This document shows, piece by piece, positions 27,701 to 34,877 of a stretch of DNA of 51,449 bases. The notes under the pieces were generated by a model, which did no database searches, had not been told where the DNA came from, and was given only the letters and a program-made list of their open reading frames with translations. Origin of the DNA: an uncultured Candidatus Saccharibacteria bacterium (GTDB lineage: Bacteria; Patescibacteriota; Minisyncoccia; Phycocordibacterales; Zambryskibacteraceae). The stretch lies in the NCBI GenBank assembly GCA_964348525.1, contig CAYGCY010000004.1:1886-53334 (forward strand), written 5' to 3'. Made by a program: the position numbers and the translations under genes. The stretch's first letter is position 1. Every line of letters begins with the position of its first letter.

Positions 27701-28275
27701 TGTGCAAACAAATTTTGAGCCTAACCACGGGCCAATTGCAGGAAATCTCAGAATTTAACAGCTTCCTATCTTCACTACAGGAAGGTTCTGCTGTTTCTCC
27801 AGAAATTAGAGAAACTATTTTGGAAGGAACTGGTACTCCAACATCTACTAAAAACATAATCTCTAGAATTACAGATAATCCAAATGTAAAAGCTTTAGCC
27901 TCCGCTGTATTTGCTACTCCACAAGGGTTTAGAAATACTCTGAAAGCAATATTCACCTTCTTGCTCGTTTTGATTGCTGCTTATGTGGTAGCAGAAGAAT
28001 TAATAAAAAGATTTCTAAAGACTACGGATAAAGACAACGAAAGACTTCGCAGGCTTGCTATCGTATTGGGATTTTTAGCTGGAGCTATCGCAGTGTCTTC
28101 AATACTTAAATATTTCGTGCTTATACTTCCGTTAGTTATTTTGATGGGGCTTTTGGTTGCTTTCTTTGGGTGGATAATTTGGAAAAAAAGAAATAAAAAA
28201 GGTGTTCTGGTTCAAAACTTTAGAATGATTCCACCTCAAGTAATCATTACTCCACCACCAGCCAAACAGTCCTAA
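24799..28275 (+). CDS. Secreted/anchored protein with two Ig-like modules, six FN3-like repeats, a poly-Gly/Ser linker, a PG_binding_1-like domain and C-terminal TM helices
   Basis: GTG start and a signal peptide (LVVFSLIFLSSLTNIQA). Six copies of (Q/I)CGG(Q/N)I.(I/L)SW.SV.GA..Y.(I/V)(F/N/L)R(D/G/S)..I....N.SFT(D/N)TGL......Y.Y. A GSGTGGGGGGGGSSSGGGGSSSGGG linker. VTKLQIFLRDFEKENLSVTGIFDQATFDATSRFQAKYQ. Two or three terminal hydrophobic helices. Confidence 0.85.
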   Translation: MSNSTYNTYRNIRKNKAIKLVVFSLIFLSSLTNIQAANPSVSITANGASDNLGINQGDTFTIAWVSSDVVACNLTRNGEDLGGVNVSDSVGPIDANHLYYPTATSSATFAISCTDGTDTFSSSVVVSINAPNSPPPPPPASPAPQSTTLNAPTITVATSAQCGGQIDISWQSVSGATFYNINRDGSQISTTSNLSFTDTGLVPDSAHTYTVSATDGIVTSNNSSMSSVFASSACPSGASGTVQTTSFNTDPADYPTISVSNYSQNPLSISNWSPSVNLQPGEILSVGIYYHNAGSVDAVNTTVSILVPTGSSASFIVSGGVSADNASAVGGSATANIAGSESLTYIPGSAVWYPNQIQDPSQGVSLSSYSPNNIGTIVPGWPSQGMVVARFQVSNSSSTSTPISAPVLTGSTGVQCGGNISLSWNSVSGAISYKIFRDNSLITTVSNNSFTDTGLVAGSSHSYYVVASNGISDSVPSNTANLVASLACTSVPSAPTGVTVVTGIQCGGQIDISWSSVANASFYKILRDGTLISTTSNLSFTNTGLNAGQTYSYSIIAVNSIGDSSPSVPAQAVASAVCPSQPPASPILSGGTGAICGGQVALNWTAVSGATSYTVFRGGSQINATTNLSFTDTGLTSGQTYSYTVRALNSFGSSTDSNIVSAVASSVCGGGGGGNPAPTVTLIPVPPVITAGATSTLSWTSTNATSCSALGGWTALTSVSGSQIVSLATTTSFTLTCTGAGGTATSTAIVTVTLPTAPPSVPTNLVANTGAQCGGQIDLSWNTALGATFYNVFRSGTFVASTTNLSFTDTGLTFGQSYSYTIQAGNSFGTSTNSNTASASASSACGSGTGGGGGGGGSSSGGGGSSSGGGRVLSTTGGGIFQCNYLIDYLRIDFQNNPVEVTKLQIFLRDFEKENLSVTGIFDQATFDATSRFQAKYQDDILSPWGYAEGESTGYVYILTKKKINEIVCKQILSLTTGQLQEISEFNSFLSSLQEGSAVSPEIRETILEGTGTPTSTKNIISRITDNPNVKALASAVFATPQGFRNTLKAIFTFLLVLIAAYVVAEELIKRFLKTTDKDNERLRRLAIVLGFLAGAIAVSSILKYFVLILPLVILMGLLVAFFGWIIWKKRNKKGVLVQNFRMIPPQVIITPPPAKQS

Positions 28276-29447
28276 TTTGTTTCTAGAGAAAGTCTCCCGT
28301 TTGCTTTGAGATAAGTTGAAGCGTCTCTGCCTTTATCGCCAAGCAAGCTTCTAATGTAAGCAACTGCTCCTATCATTATTGCGTTGTCTGTAGAGAGTTC
28401 GTGCATTGGAAACAGGGTATCTATATTCATATCTAAACCAAGGCTTTTTATGCGATTCCTGAGCTCAGTATTACTTGCCACACCTCCCGCTACTATAAGA
28501 GTTTTTACATCGGGGTAGCTCTCTATCGCGCGTTTAGTCTTTTGTACTAGCACATCGCATATTGCGTCTTCAGCTTCGCGAGAGGCATCCATTTTTTCTT
28601 CTTCGGTCAGGGTTCCGTGTTTTTGTATCGCGTAAAGCACATGGGTTTTTAAACCAGAAAAAGAAAAATCAAAGTCATGAGTGTTTATCATTGGGCGGGG
28701 GAATGAAAATGTTTTGGGGATATTGTTTTCGCGTGCAGAGCGAGCGAGTTTTGAAATTTCAGGGCCCCCTGGGTATTGCATACCTAAAATGCGAGCAATT
28801 TTATCAAACGCTTCGCCAGAAGCATCGTCCCTTGTTTCTCCGAGCAGAGCGTATTTTCCGGCTCCATCGGATTTTATGAGCTGTGTATGTCCGCCTGATA
28901 CAAGTAAAGCAAGAAAAGGAAATGCGATAGAGGGGGCGTTTTGTCCGACGAGAACAGAAAAAATGTGTCCTTCCATGTGGTTTATTCCAAACAACGAAAG
29001 ATTCCAAACGCGAGCTAGCACTTCAGCACATTGAATGCCAACCCAAAGAGTAGGCTCGAGCCCTGGGCCCACCGTGACAGCTATTGCGTCTACATTTGGT
29101 TTTTCATTGGTTGTTAGAAAATCAATCAGAGCATCGCCTGCTTCGGACTCCCTTTCGAGCAAACTTCTTACGGTCGTTTCGTCAATGTGTTTGTTATTCT
29201 GATGTTCTGGAGGACCTTGGAGTAAACCGGCTTGGGAGAGTGCGGAGATGAGAAGGGGAGTGAAATTTTGTGCGTGTTCTCTTTTAGCCAAATTTGGATA
29301 CACACCGCCATATTTTCTGTGAGTTTCTATTTGAGAAAAAAGGGCGTGTCCAAGCACTTTAAAACTCGGAGAAGAAATATCTCCGGAGCCTTCTACTATG
29401 GCAATCGAAGTTTCGTCGCAACTGGTTTCAATAGCTAGGATTTTCAT
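28272..29447 (-). CDS. tsaD: tRNA N6-adenosine threonylcarbamoyltransferase TsaD (Kae1/Gcp family)
   Basis: MKILAIETSCDETSIAIVEG..., GINHMEGH, GGVASN. The start is trimmed to the ATG at 29447 because the longer ORF-track start (29534) runs through tRNA-Ser. The stop codon overlaps the convergent stop of 24799..28275. Confidence 0.88.
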   Translation of the reverse strand: MKILAIETSCDETSIAIVEGSGDISSPSFKVLGHALFSQIETHRKYGGVYPNLAKREHAQNFTPLLISALSQAGLLQGPPEHQNNKHIDETTVRSLLERESEAGDALIDFLTTNEKPNVDAIAVTVGPGLEPTLWVGIQCAEVLARVWNLSLFGINHMEGHIFSVLVGQNAPSIAFPFLALLVSGGHTQLIKSDGAGKYALLGETRDDASGEAFDKIARILGMQYPGGPEISKLARSARENNIPKTFSFPRPMINTHDFDFSFSGLKTHVLYAIQKHGTLTEEEKMDASREAEDAICDVLVQKTKRAIESYPDVKTLIVAGGVASNTELRNRIKSLGLDMNIDTLFPMHELSTDNAIMIGAVAYIRSLLGDKGRDASTYLKANGRLSLETN

Positions 29448-29453
29448 ATTTTG

Positions 29454-29540
29454 CGGAGAGGGAGAGATTTGAACTCTCGATGAGGTTGCCCCCATGCCGG
29501 TTTTCGAAACCGGTGCCTTCAACCACTCAGCCACCTCTCC
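29454..29540 (-). tRNA. tRNA-Ser(CGA), long variable arm, no encoded CCA
   Basis: Reverse complement GGAGAGG TG GCTGAGTGGTTGAAGGC A CCGGT TTCGAAA ACCGG CATGGGGGCAACCTCATC GAGAG TTCAAAT CTCTC CCTCTCC G. Confidence 0.9.
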
Positions 29541-29620
29541 TTTGAGCGATTACTCTAGCATTTTAGCTTAAAAATGCTATATTTTGGCTCATTAAAGCCT
29601 CGCCCGAGCGAAGCTTTTAG

Positions 29621-29692
29621 GGCCCTATCGTCTAACGGTTAGGACATCGCCTTTTCAAGGCGGTAATCAGAGTTCGATTCTCTGTAGGGTCA
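29621..29692 (+). tRNA. tRNA-Glu(TTC)
   Basis: GGCCCTA...A TCGCC TTTTCAA GGCGG TAAT CAGAG TTCGATT CTCTG TAGGGTC A. Confidence 0.85.
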
Positions 29693-29698
29693 CAATTT

Positions 29699-30178
29699 AT
29701 GAAAAACACCACACATATTTTTTTGGTAAAAAAAGAAGGAGATAAAATTGTGGAGATTTGTCTTGCTATGAAAAAGCGGGGGTTTGGTGTGGGCAGGTGG
29801 AACGCTGTTGGCGGTAAAGTTATGGAAGGGGAATCTATTGAAGAAGGAGCAATACGCGAAGCCCAAGAGGAAATTGGAGTGTTAGCAAAAAATATTTCAA
29901 AAGTAGCGGAACACTCATTTACCTTTCCGCATAAGCCCGACTGGAACCAAACAGTTCATACTTTTGTTTCAATTGAATGGGATGGGGAGCCAATAGAGAG
30001 TGAAGAAATGAATCCAAAATGGTTTGCTGTTTCAGATATTCCATATTCTGAAATGTGGCCCGACGATATATTTTGGTTGCCCCACATAATTGAAGGAAAA
30101 CTTTTAAAAACGAAATTTGTATTTGGAGAGAATGATTTACTTTTAGAAAAACAAGTAGATGTGGTTGATTTGTTATAA
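29699..30178 (+). CDS. NUDIX hydrolase (MutT/8-oxo-dGTPase-like)
   Basis: Nudix box GGKVMEGESIEEGAIREAQEEIGV. 159 aa. Wedged between tRNA-Glu (6 nt upstream) and tRNA-Val (10 nt downstream). Confidence 0.85.
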   Translation: MKNTTHIFLVKKEGDKIVEICLAMKKRGFGVGRWNAVGGKVMEGESIEEGAIREAQEEIGVLAKNISKVAEHSFTFPHKPDWNQTVHTFVSIEWDGEPIESEEMNPKWFAVSDIPYSEMWPDDIFWLPHIIEGKLLKTKFVFGENDLLLEKQVDVVDLL

Positions 30179-30188
30179 TTAAATAAAT

Positions 30189-30261
30189 GCGTGGTTAGCT
30201 CAGTTGGTAGAGCATCTCATTGACGTTGAGAGGGCCATAGGTTCAAGTCCTATACCGCGCA
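30189..30261 (+). tRNA. tRNA-Val(GAC)
   Basis: GCGTGGT TA GCTCAGTTGGTAGAGC A TCTCA TTGACGT TGAGA GGGCC ATAGG TTCAAGT CCTAT ACCGCGC A. Confidence 0.9.
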
Positions 30262-30273
30262 CAAATAAACCGC

Positions 30274-30301
30274 TTTACAATACTAACAAATGTGATAAAG
30301 T
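30274..30301 (+). promoter_or_regulatory. Promoter-like TTTACA-N16-TAAAGT (TG-extended) ahead of 30342..30812
   Basis: CTTTACAATACTAACAAATGTGATAAAGT. The SD GGGAG lies 6 nt before the ATG. Confidence 0.45.
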
Positions 30302-30341
30302 ATTGTTAGATTTGATCCAACCACGCCTACGGGAGTAACTC

Positions 30342-30812
30342 ATGGAATTTCTGCGTGCAAGCGTTGACAGAGCAATCGTGATGACCCAGTACGACTTGAG
30401 AGGGTTTGGTCATCCGCTTGGAATTCGAATTACCAAGAAGCATCCGAAGTATCATCTCGCTTTGATGTGTAATTTCATGTCTTTCTGTTGTATGTCAGCA
30501 GAGAAAGGCAAACAGATTGACGGAGCTCTGCATTATACAGAAAGCACATTTGAGCAGTATCGGTCAATGTGCAAAGAGCTTGCGACATTTTGTGAGGGTT
30601 CCGAGAAAGAAGCAATTCAGCTTATCATCAAGGCAATGGCAAGACAGCACATGATGTTTCGCAGACAAATTCGTGCTGGACGGCTAGAGGAGAATAGGTA
30701 TTTTGCACCCGTTGTGAAGACGACAATCACAGGCAAAGTTCTGCTCTCGTTGGCAGAAGCGTTTGGCGTTAGCCTTGTGGTCAGGCGCGGGTGGATAGTT
30801 TCGGTGGGGTGA
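30342..30812 (+). CDS. Hypothetical Cys-rich cytoplasmic protein (cassette A1, intermediate GC)
   Basis: 156-aa ORF with an SD and its own terminator. No motif recognised. Confidence 0.6.
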   Translation: MEFLRASVDRAIVMTQYDLRGFGHPLGIRITKKHPKYHLALMCNFMSFCCMSAEKGKQIDGALHYTESTFEQYRSMCKELATFCEGSEKEAIQLIIKAMARQHMMFRRQIRAGRLEENRYFAPVVKTTITGKVLLSLAEAFGVSLVVRRGWIVSVG

Positions 30813-30818
30813 GAGATA

Positions 30819-30856
30819 CAACTGGCTAAGGAAAGCTTCCTAGCCAGTTTTGTTTT
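30819..30856 (+). terminator. Intrinsic terminator of cassette A1
   Basis: AACTGGCTAAGGAA-AGC-TTCCTAGCCAGTT followed by TTGTTTT. Confidence 0.7.
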
Positions 30857-30858
30857 AC

Positions 30859-30887
30859 TTTACAATATTGAAAGAGTATGATACAGT
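30859..30887 (+). promoter_or_regulatory. Promoter-like TTTACA-N17-TACAGT (TG-extended) ahead of 30938..31675
   Basis: CTTTACAATATTGAAAGAGTATGATACAGT shares the CTTTACAATA start with the A1 promoter. Confidence 0.45.
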
Positions 30888-30937
30888 TATTAAGGAAGCT
30901 TTTTAACTCATTTTCCAACTAGGCCCTAGGAGGGCAC

Positions 30938-31675
30938 ATGACGCTGAACAATCTGAAGGCCCGAGCCGACAAGGCTCGGAGTGTTCGCAACACGGTGGCG
31001 ATGGTTTTCGTGCTTTTCGGCATGATTCTCGCCTTCGTGTCGCCCCGCGATGCGCACGGTCAGACAACCGTCATCCGCACCAAGTCCGGCATGGTGGTGA
31101 GCGTCAACGTGCAGGACACGGGCAAGTGCGTTTGCGATACCGCGGTCGTGAAGAAGGCCGTGGCGCCGAAGCCGGTCATCAAGCCGGTTGTGCGCGCCAA
31201 GGCAGTCTCTGCTCCGGCGAAGCCGAAGGTGTCGTCGAGGGACAGCATTCTCTCGGCACTCCAGTTTTCGGCGGATTCGGCATCGGCCGCTCTGAAGGCG
31301 AAACTTGCTCGTGAAGCTCTCGGCGTTGCCGAGGCAAAGGACGACTCTGTGAAAGCAGAGGATGCCTTCAAGGGTCAGCCTGCACCGACTCAGCTTGTGT
31401 TTCCGCCGTCACCCATTCCGAGCAAGCTCCAGCTTGAGCATTCGGGGAAGGTGGCGGTCAACCTCAGCGGAAAGCTTGTGGTCGAACACAAGCGAAGCTG
31501 GAAGGGGCCGGCGGTCATTGCTGGCATCCTAGGAGCTGTCGCGGCGTACTGTGTGTACGAGAATTGTTTCGGACACACCACGAACGTCAAGACCGCGCCC
31601 CCTTCGAAGACTGGAGGTCCGGTGTGGGCTCCGAACGGCATTCGTGCGAGCTTTTCGGTCCCGATTCGGCCGTAG
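30938..31675 (+). CDS. GC-rich hypothetical membrane protein with an N-terminal signal/anchor, an Ala/Pro/Lys-rich linker and a C-terminal TM helix (cassette A2)
   Basis: 245-aa ORF. SD AGGAGGG. VAMVFVLFGMILAFV near the N-terminus and GPAVIAGILGAVAAYCVY near the C-terminus. Sample line 31141-31200 is 41/60 GC. Confidence 0.7.
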   Translation: MTLNNLKARADKARSVRNTVAMVFVLFGMILAFVSPRDAHGQTTVIRTKSGMVVSVNVQDTGKCVCDTAVVKKAVAPKPVIKPVVRAKAVSAPAKPKVSSRDSILSALQFSADSASAALKAKLAREALGVAEAKDDSVKAEDAFKGQPAPTQLVFPPSPIPSKLQLEHSGKVAVNLSGKLVVEHKRSWKGPAVIAGILGAVAAYCVYENCFGHTTNVKTAPPSKTGGPVWAPNGIRASFSVPIRP

Positions 31676-31693
31676 AGGAAATGAGAAGTAAAG

Positions 31694-31730
31694 AAAGGGC
31701 GTTGCGACCAGCACGGTCGCAACGCCCTTT
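31694..31730 (+). terminator. Intrinsic terminator of cassette A2
   Basis: AAAGGGCGTTGCGACC-AGCAC-GGTCGCAACGCCCTTT followed by AATTTTT. Confidence 0.75.
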
Positions 31731-31755
31731 AATTTTTAGCGAATTTTTAAAATTT

Positions 31756-32694
31756 TTAGCGCATATCTCTTCCTCCTCCAGCGCGTAAGTACATATAAAT
31801 ATCTTCAAGCGCTCTCACGCCGTCTCCTGCAGCGATATTATTCTGATGATAAAGCACGTCTGTTACGTCTCCTGCAGCCCATATTTTTTGATTGCTAGTG
31901 CGCTGTGTACGAGGGTCGATTTTTACTTGGCCCACATTATTTAAATCTACAAGACCAGCTAGAATTGAAGAATTAGGAATAAGACCAATTTCCACAAATA
32001 CTCCTTCTACCGGAATTTCTGTCATTTCACCAGTTCTTAAATCTTTATAAACAATTGATTTTACAAACTTGTCTCCTTTGATTTCTACAGGGTCTACGTT
32101 TAGTAGTCCTTTGAAGGTTGGGTTCTTTGAGACTGCCTCTACAGTCATTTCATCTGCTTTAAATCTGTCGCTATGCTGTAAAAGTGTGACTGAAGTACAG
32201 TAGGCGAGAAGCTGGGCAGATGTTTCAAATCCGGCATTACCTCCACCAATAACCGCAACATGTTTGCCTGAATAAAGTGGTCCATCGCATGAGGCGCAGT
32301 ACACAATGCCTTTATTTTCAAATTCTTTAGCTCCGGTGATATTCAGTTTTTTTCTAGAAGAGCCGGTACTTACTAAAAGAGTCTTTGCTGAAATATTTTT
32401 ACCATCAACCTCAATATTAAAACCGTCAGATGTTTCGGAAATCGCCAGTACTTTGTTTCCAAGTATGAGCTCAACGTCCTCGCCCGCGTATTCTCTCAAA
32501 TGTTTTTCAAAAATCTCACCCAATTGTGCACCGGAAATATGTGGAGTGCCTATCCAGTTTTGAATGTCTTGAGACTCATAGCTTTGCCCACCGAATGATT
32601 CTGTTATAAAAGCCGTCTTAAGTTTTTTTCTTGCTGCGTAAACGGCCGAAGAAACTCCCGCCGGTCCACCTCCTATAATTGCTAGTTCGTACAT
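31756..32694 (-). CDS. trxB: Thioredoxin-disulfide reductase
   Basis: IIGGGPAG, redox-active CASCDG, GGGNAG. 312 aa. Confidence 0.9.
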   Translation of the reverse strand: MYELAIIGGGPAGVSSAVYAARKKLKTAFITESFGGQSYESQDIQNWIGTPHISGAQLGEIFEKHLREYAGEDVELILGNKVLAISETSDGFNIEVDGKNISAKTLLVSTGSSRKKLNITGAKEFENKGIVYCASCDGPLYSGKHVAVIGGGNAGFETSAQLLAYCTSVTLLQHSDRFKADEMTVEAVSKNPTFKGLLNVDPVEIKGDKFVKSIVYKDLRTGEMTEIPVEGVFVEIGLIPNSSILAGLVDLNNVGQVKIDPRTQRTSNQKIWAAGDVTDVLYHQNNIAAGDGVRALEDIYMYLRAGGGRDMR

Positions 32695-32743
32695 TGTTTG
32701 TGAAGAATATCAAAAAACTCTCCAAAACAAAAACTTTGGCACA

Positions 32744-32770
32744 AAAAAGAGCCAAAATTGGCTCTTTTTT
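32744..32770. terminator. Bidirectional terminator downstream of ftsZ
   Basis: AAAAAAGAGCC-AAAATT-GGCTCTTTTTT. Confidence 0.75.
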
Positions 32771-32778
32771 GTGCTTCT

Positions 32779-33957
32779 TTACTTTAGACGAGAGCGTCTC
32801 AAGAATGACGGCACCGCGCTCCAATCGTCATCTTCGTCCTCATCCTTTTTAGGAGTTGGTTCTGGTTTCTTTATTTCCTTTGGGATTTCCTTCTTCTCTT
32901 CTTTTTTAGGCTCTTCGATTTTAGGCTTTATGATTTCAACGGAATTGAATATCTTTCCTTTTTCATCCTTGTCTCCGCCGAATAGCCCTTTTTTCACTGC
33001 GCCTTCTGGGAAACCTGAAGCGATAACAGTAATTCTGATTTCATTTTTCTTCAGCTTCTCATCTCTTACTGTTCCGAAGATTATTTTTGCATTCTGGTCT
33101 ACTGATTCTGTGATTACTTTAGCGGCGTCTTGTATTTCAAACATTGTAAGATCGTCTCCGCCTGCAATAGAGAACAACACGCCCTTTGCGCCTGCTATTG
33201 ATACTTCAAGAAGGGGAGAATTGATTGCCAAACGAGCTGCTTCTATAGCTCTGTTTTCTCCAGAGGCGGTGCCTATACCCATAAGGGCTGGCCCTGCGTC
33301 CTCGAGAATTGCTTTTATGTCTGCAAAGTCTATGTTGATGATGCCGGGTGTAGTGATGAGATCTGAAATACCTTCAACGGCAGATTTCAAAATGTCATCA
33401 CACATTGCGAATGCTCCTTTTGCTGTGGTTTCTTTTGAAACCGTAGAAAGAAGTCTGTCGTTTGGAATGACGATGAGCGCGTCTACTGCTTCGCGCAATT
33501 CGTCTAGACCTGTTTCAGCGATTCTCATTCTCTGAATCCCTTCAAATGAAAATGGTTTTGTAACAACGCCCACAGTAAGGCACCCTGATTCACGCGCAAT
33601 TTTTGAAATGATAGGAGCGGCGCCTGTGCCAGTTCCTCCGCCCATACCGCAAGCAATGAAAACCATGTCGGAGCCCTTCAAAGATTCCTGAAGCTCTTCT
33701 CGTGTTTCCTCAACTGCTTTTTTCCCGAGTTCTGGATCCATGCCTGTACCCAAACCACGAGTTAGATTTTTGCCAATGTGAATTTTCTTTTTTGCAAGAG
33801 AATGGTGAAGGTCTTGTGCATCTGTATTGACTGCAATGAAATCAACTCCTTTAACTTTGGAGTTAATCATGTGGTTGAGAGTATTTTTTCCTGAACCTCC
33901 AACGCCGATGACCTTTATTCGTGCGAATGACTCAACTTCCGGTTTGATTTGTGGCAT
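32779..33957 (-). CDS. ftsZ: Cell division GTPase FtsZ
   Basis: GGGTGTGAAP tubulin signature, NTDAQ, and the C-terminal conserved peptide DDDWSAVPSFLRR. Confidence 0.95.
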   Translation of the reverse strand: MPQIKPEVESFARIKVIGVGGSGKNTLNHMINSKVKGVDFIAVNTDAQDLHHSLAKKKIHIGKNLTRGLGTGMDPELGKKAVEETREELQESLKGSDMVFIACGMGGGTGTGAAPIISKIARESGCLTVGVVTKPFSFEGIQRMRIAETGLDELREAVDALIVIPNDRLLSTVSKETTAKGAFAMCDDILKSAVEGISDLITTPGIINIDFADIKAILEDAGPALMGIGTASGENRAIEAARLAINSPLLEVSIAGAKGVLFSIAGGDDLTMFEIQDAAKVITESVDQNAKIIFGTVRDEKLKKNEIRITVIASGFPEGAVKKGLFGGDKDEKGKIFNSVEIIKPKIEEPKKEEKKEIPKEIKKPEPTPKKDEDEDDDWSAVPSFLRRSRLK

Positions 33958-34078
33958 GATTTTATTGGTAATTTATGGCTAAAAATAAAGATAATTTTCA
34001 CATTGCTGAATTTAGACTGTTCTTACTTTCGGCAATATTCGCGCCCATACTACTCGCTATCTCACAGCTTGCAACGTC

Positions 34079-34107
34079 TTGATGTAATTATTCTGGTGTG
34101 CTATAAT
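34079..34107 (+). promoter_or_regulatory. Near-consensus promoter TTGATG-N17-TATAAT with a TGC extended -10 (cassette B)
   Basis: CTTGATGTAATTATTCTGGTGTGCTATAAT. The SD GGAG lies 8 nt before the TTG start at 34152. Confidence 0.6.
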
Positions 34108-34151
34108 AAATTGTAGAAGTACTAATACACTCAAGCTACGGAGCGTGCATC

Positions 34152-34628
34152 TTGGTCAAGAAAGTCCTGTTGGTTCGCCACGGCAACTACTCTGGGGACG
34201 ATCTCACGGACGATGGTTTCAAGGCGTCACAGAAGCTGGCAGAGCGACTCCGTGTTGTTCTCGCTGAACATGTGGGCAAGATTGCCGTCGTTTCGTCCGC
34301 CACTCCGAGGGCAAGGCAAACGGCGGAAATCATCGAGATCGGTCTCAAGACTGGTCGCTTGGAGTTTCGTGATGAAATCTCTGACACGTGGCGCGTCGAT
34401 GAAATAACCGATGGCGCTAGCGGGCTGTACACGGAGAAACTCACTAACGGTGTCGACGAAATGGTTGACGTCGTTATTGTAGTGACCCATGACCCGTTCA
34501 TCAGAGAATTCATGGCGATTTTCCGTCGTGAATTCGAGAGGGGGCCGAACCAAGCGTTTGTGGACTATGCGTCAGCAGTCGTGTGCAACCGCGAGCTGAA
34601 GACAATCGGTCTTCTGACCGTTGAGTAG
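34152..34628 (+). CDS. Histidine phosphatase superfamily protein (SixA/PGAM-like), GC-elevated (cassette B)
   Basis: VLLVRHGNY (RHG catalytic motif), SSATPRARQTAEII, VVTHDPF. TTG start. Sample lines are 30-33/60 GC. Confidence 0.75.
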   Translation: MVKKVLLVRHGNYSGDDLTDDGFKASQKLAERLRVVLAEHVGKIAVVSSATPRARQTAEIIEIGLKTGRLEFRDEISDTWRVDEITDGASGLYTEKLTNGVDEMVDVVIVVTHDPFIREFMAIFRREFERGPNQAFVDYASAVVCNRELKTIGLLTVE

Positions 34629-34640
34629 TGTTCCCACCCA

Positions 34641-34675
34641 ATCTGCATCCGGACAACGGGTGCAGATTTTGTTTT
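34641..34675 (+). terminator. Intrinsic terminator of cassette B
   Basis: ATCTGCATCC-GGACAAC-GGGTGCAGAT followed by TTTTGTTTT. Confidence 0.75.
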
Positions 34676-34744
34676 ATATACACCCTTCAATTTAGAGCAA
34701 GTATTTAGCTTTTCCCAAGTTCGCGAGAAATTAAAGCGAGCTTT

Positions 34745-34862
34745 ATTCTCCGCCGTTCGTCTCGGAAGTTTTTCAGCACGGTATCCCGCCTTGGCGGGAT
34801 TGAAAAACTGAGAGACAGCAAACTTTTTCGCTGGAAAAAGTTATGCGTGAACGCCGGAGAAT
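34745..34862. other. Multi-hairpin structured element downstream of ftsA (function unknown)
   Basis: The outer pairing is ATTCTCCGCCGTTCG / CGTGAACGCCGGAGAAT. The inner hairpins are GTTTTTCA..ATCCCGCC-TT-GGCGGGAT..TGAAAAAC and AACTTTTTC-GCT-GGAAAAAGTT. Confidence 0.4.
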
Positions 34863-34877
34863 ATGGCGAGCGCCTCT

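Noticed and set aside
29448-29534. N-terminal extension of tsaD (MAEWLKAPVSKTGMGATSSRVQISPSPQN)
   Set aside because: This stretch is the reverse complement of tRNA-Ser(CGA) at 29454-29540. The canonical TsaD N-terminus MKILAIETSCDET starts at 29447.
32771-33535. 254-aa plus-strand ORF
   Set aside because: It is entirely antisense to ftsZ, which has unmistakable signatures. The translation is low-complexity Ser/Phe/Ile, typical of an antisense frame.
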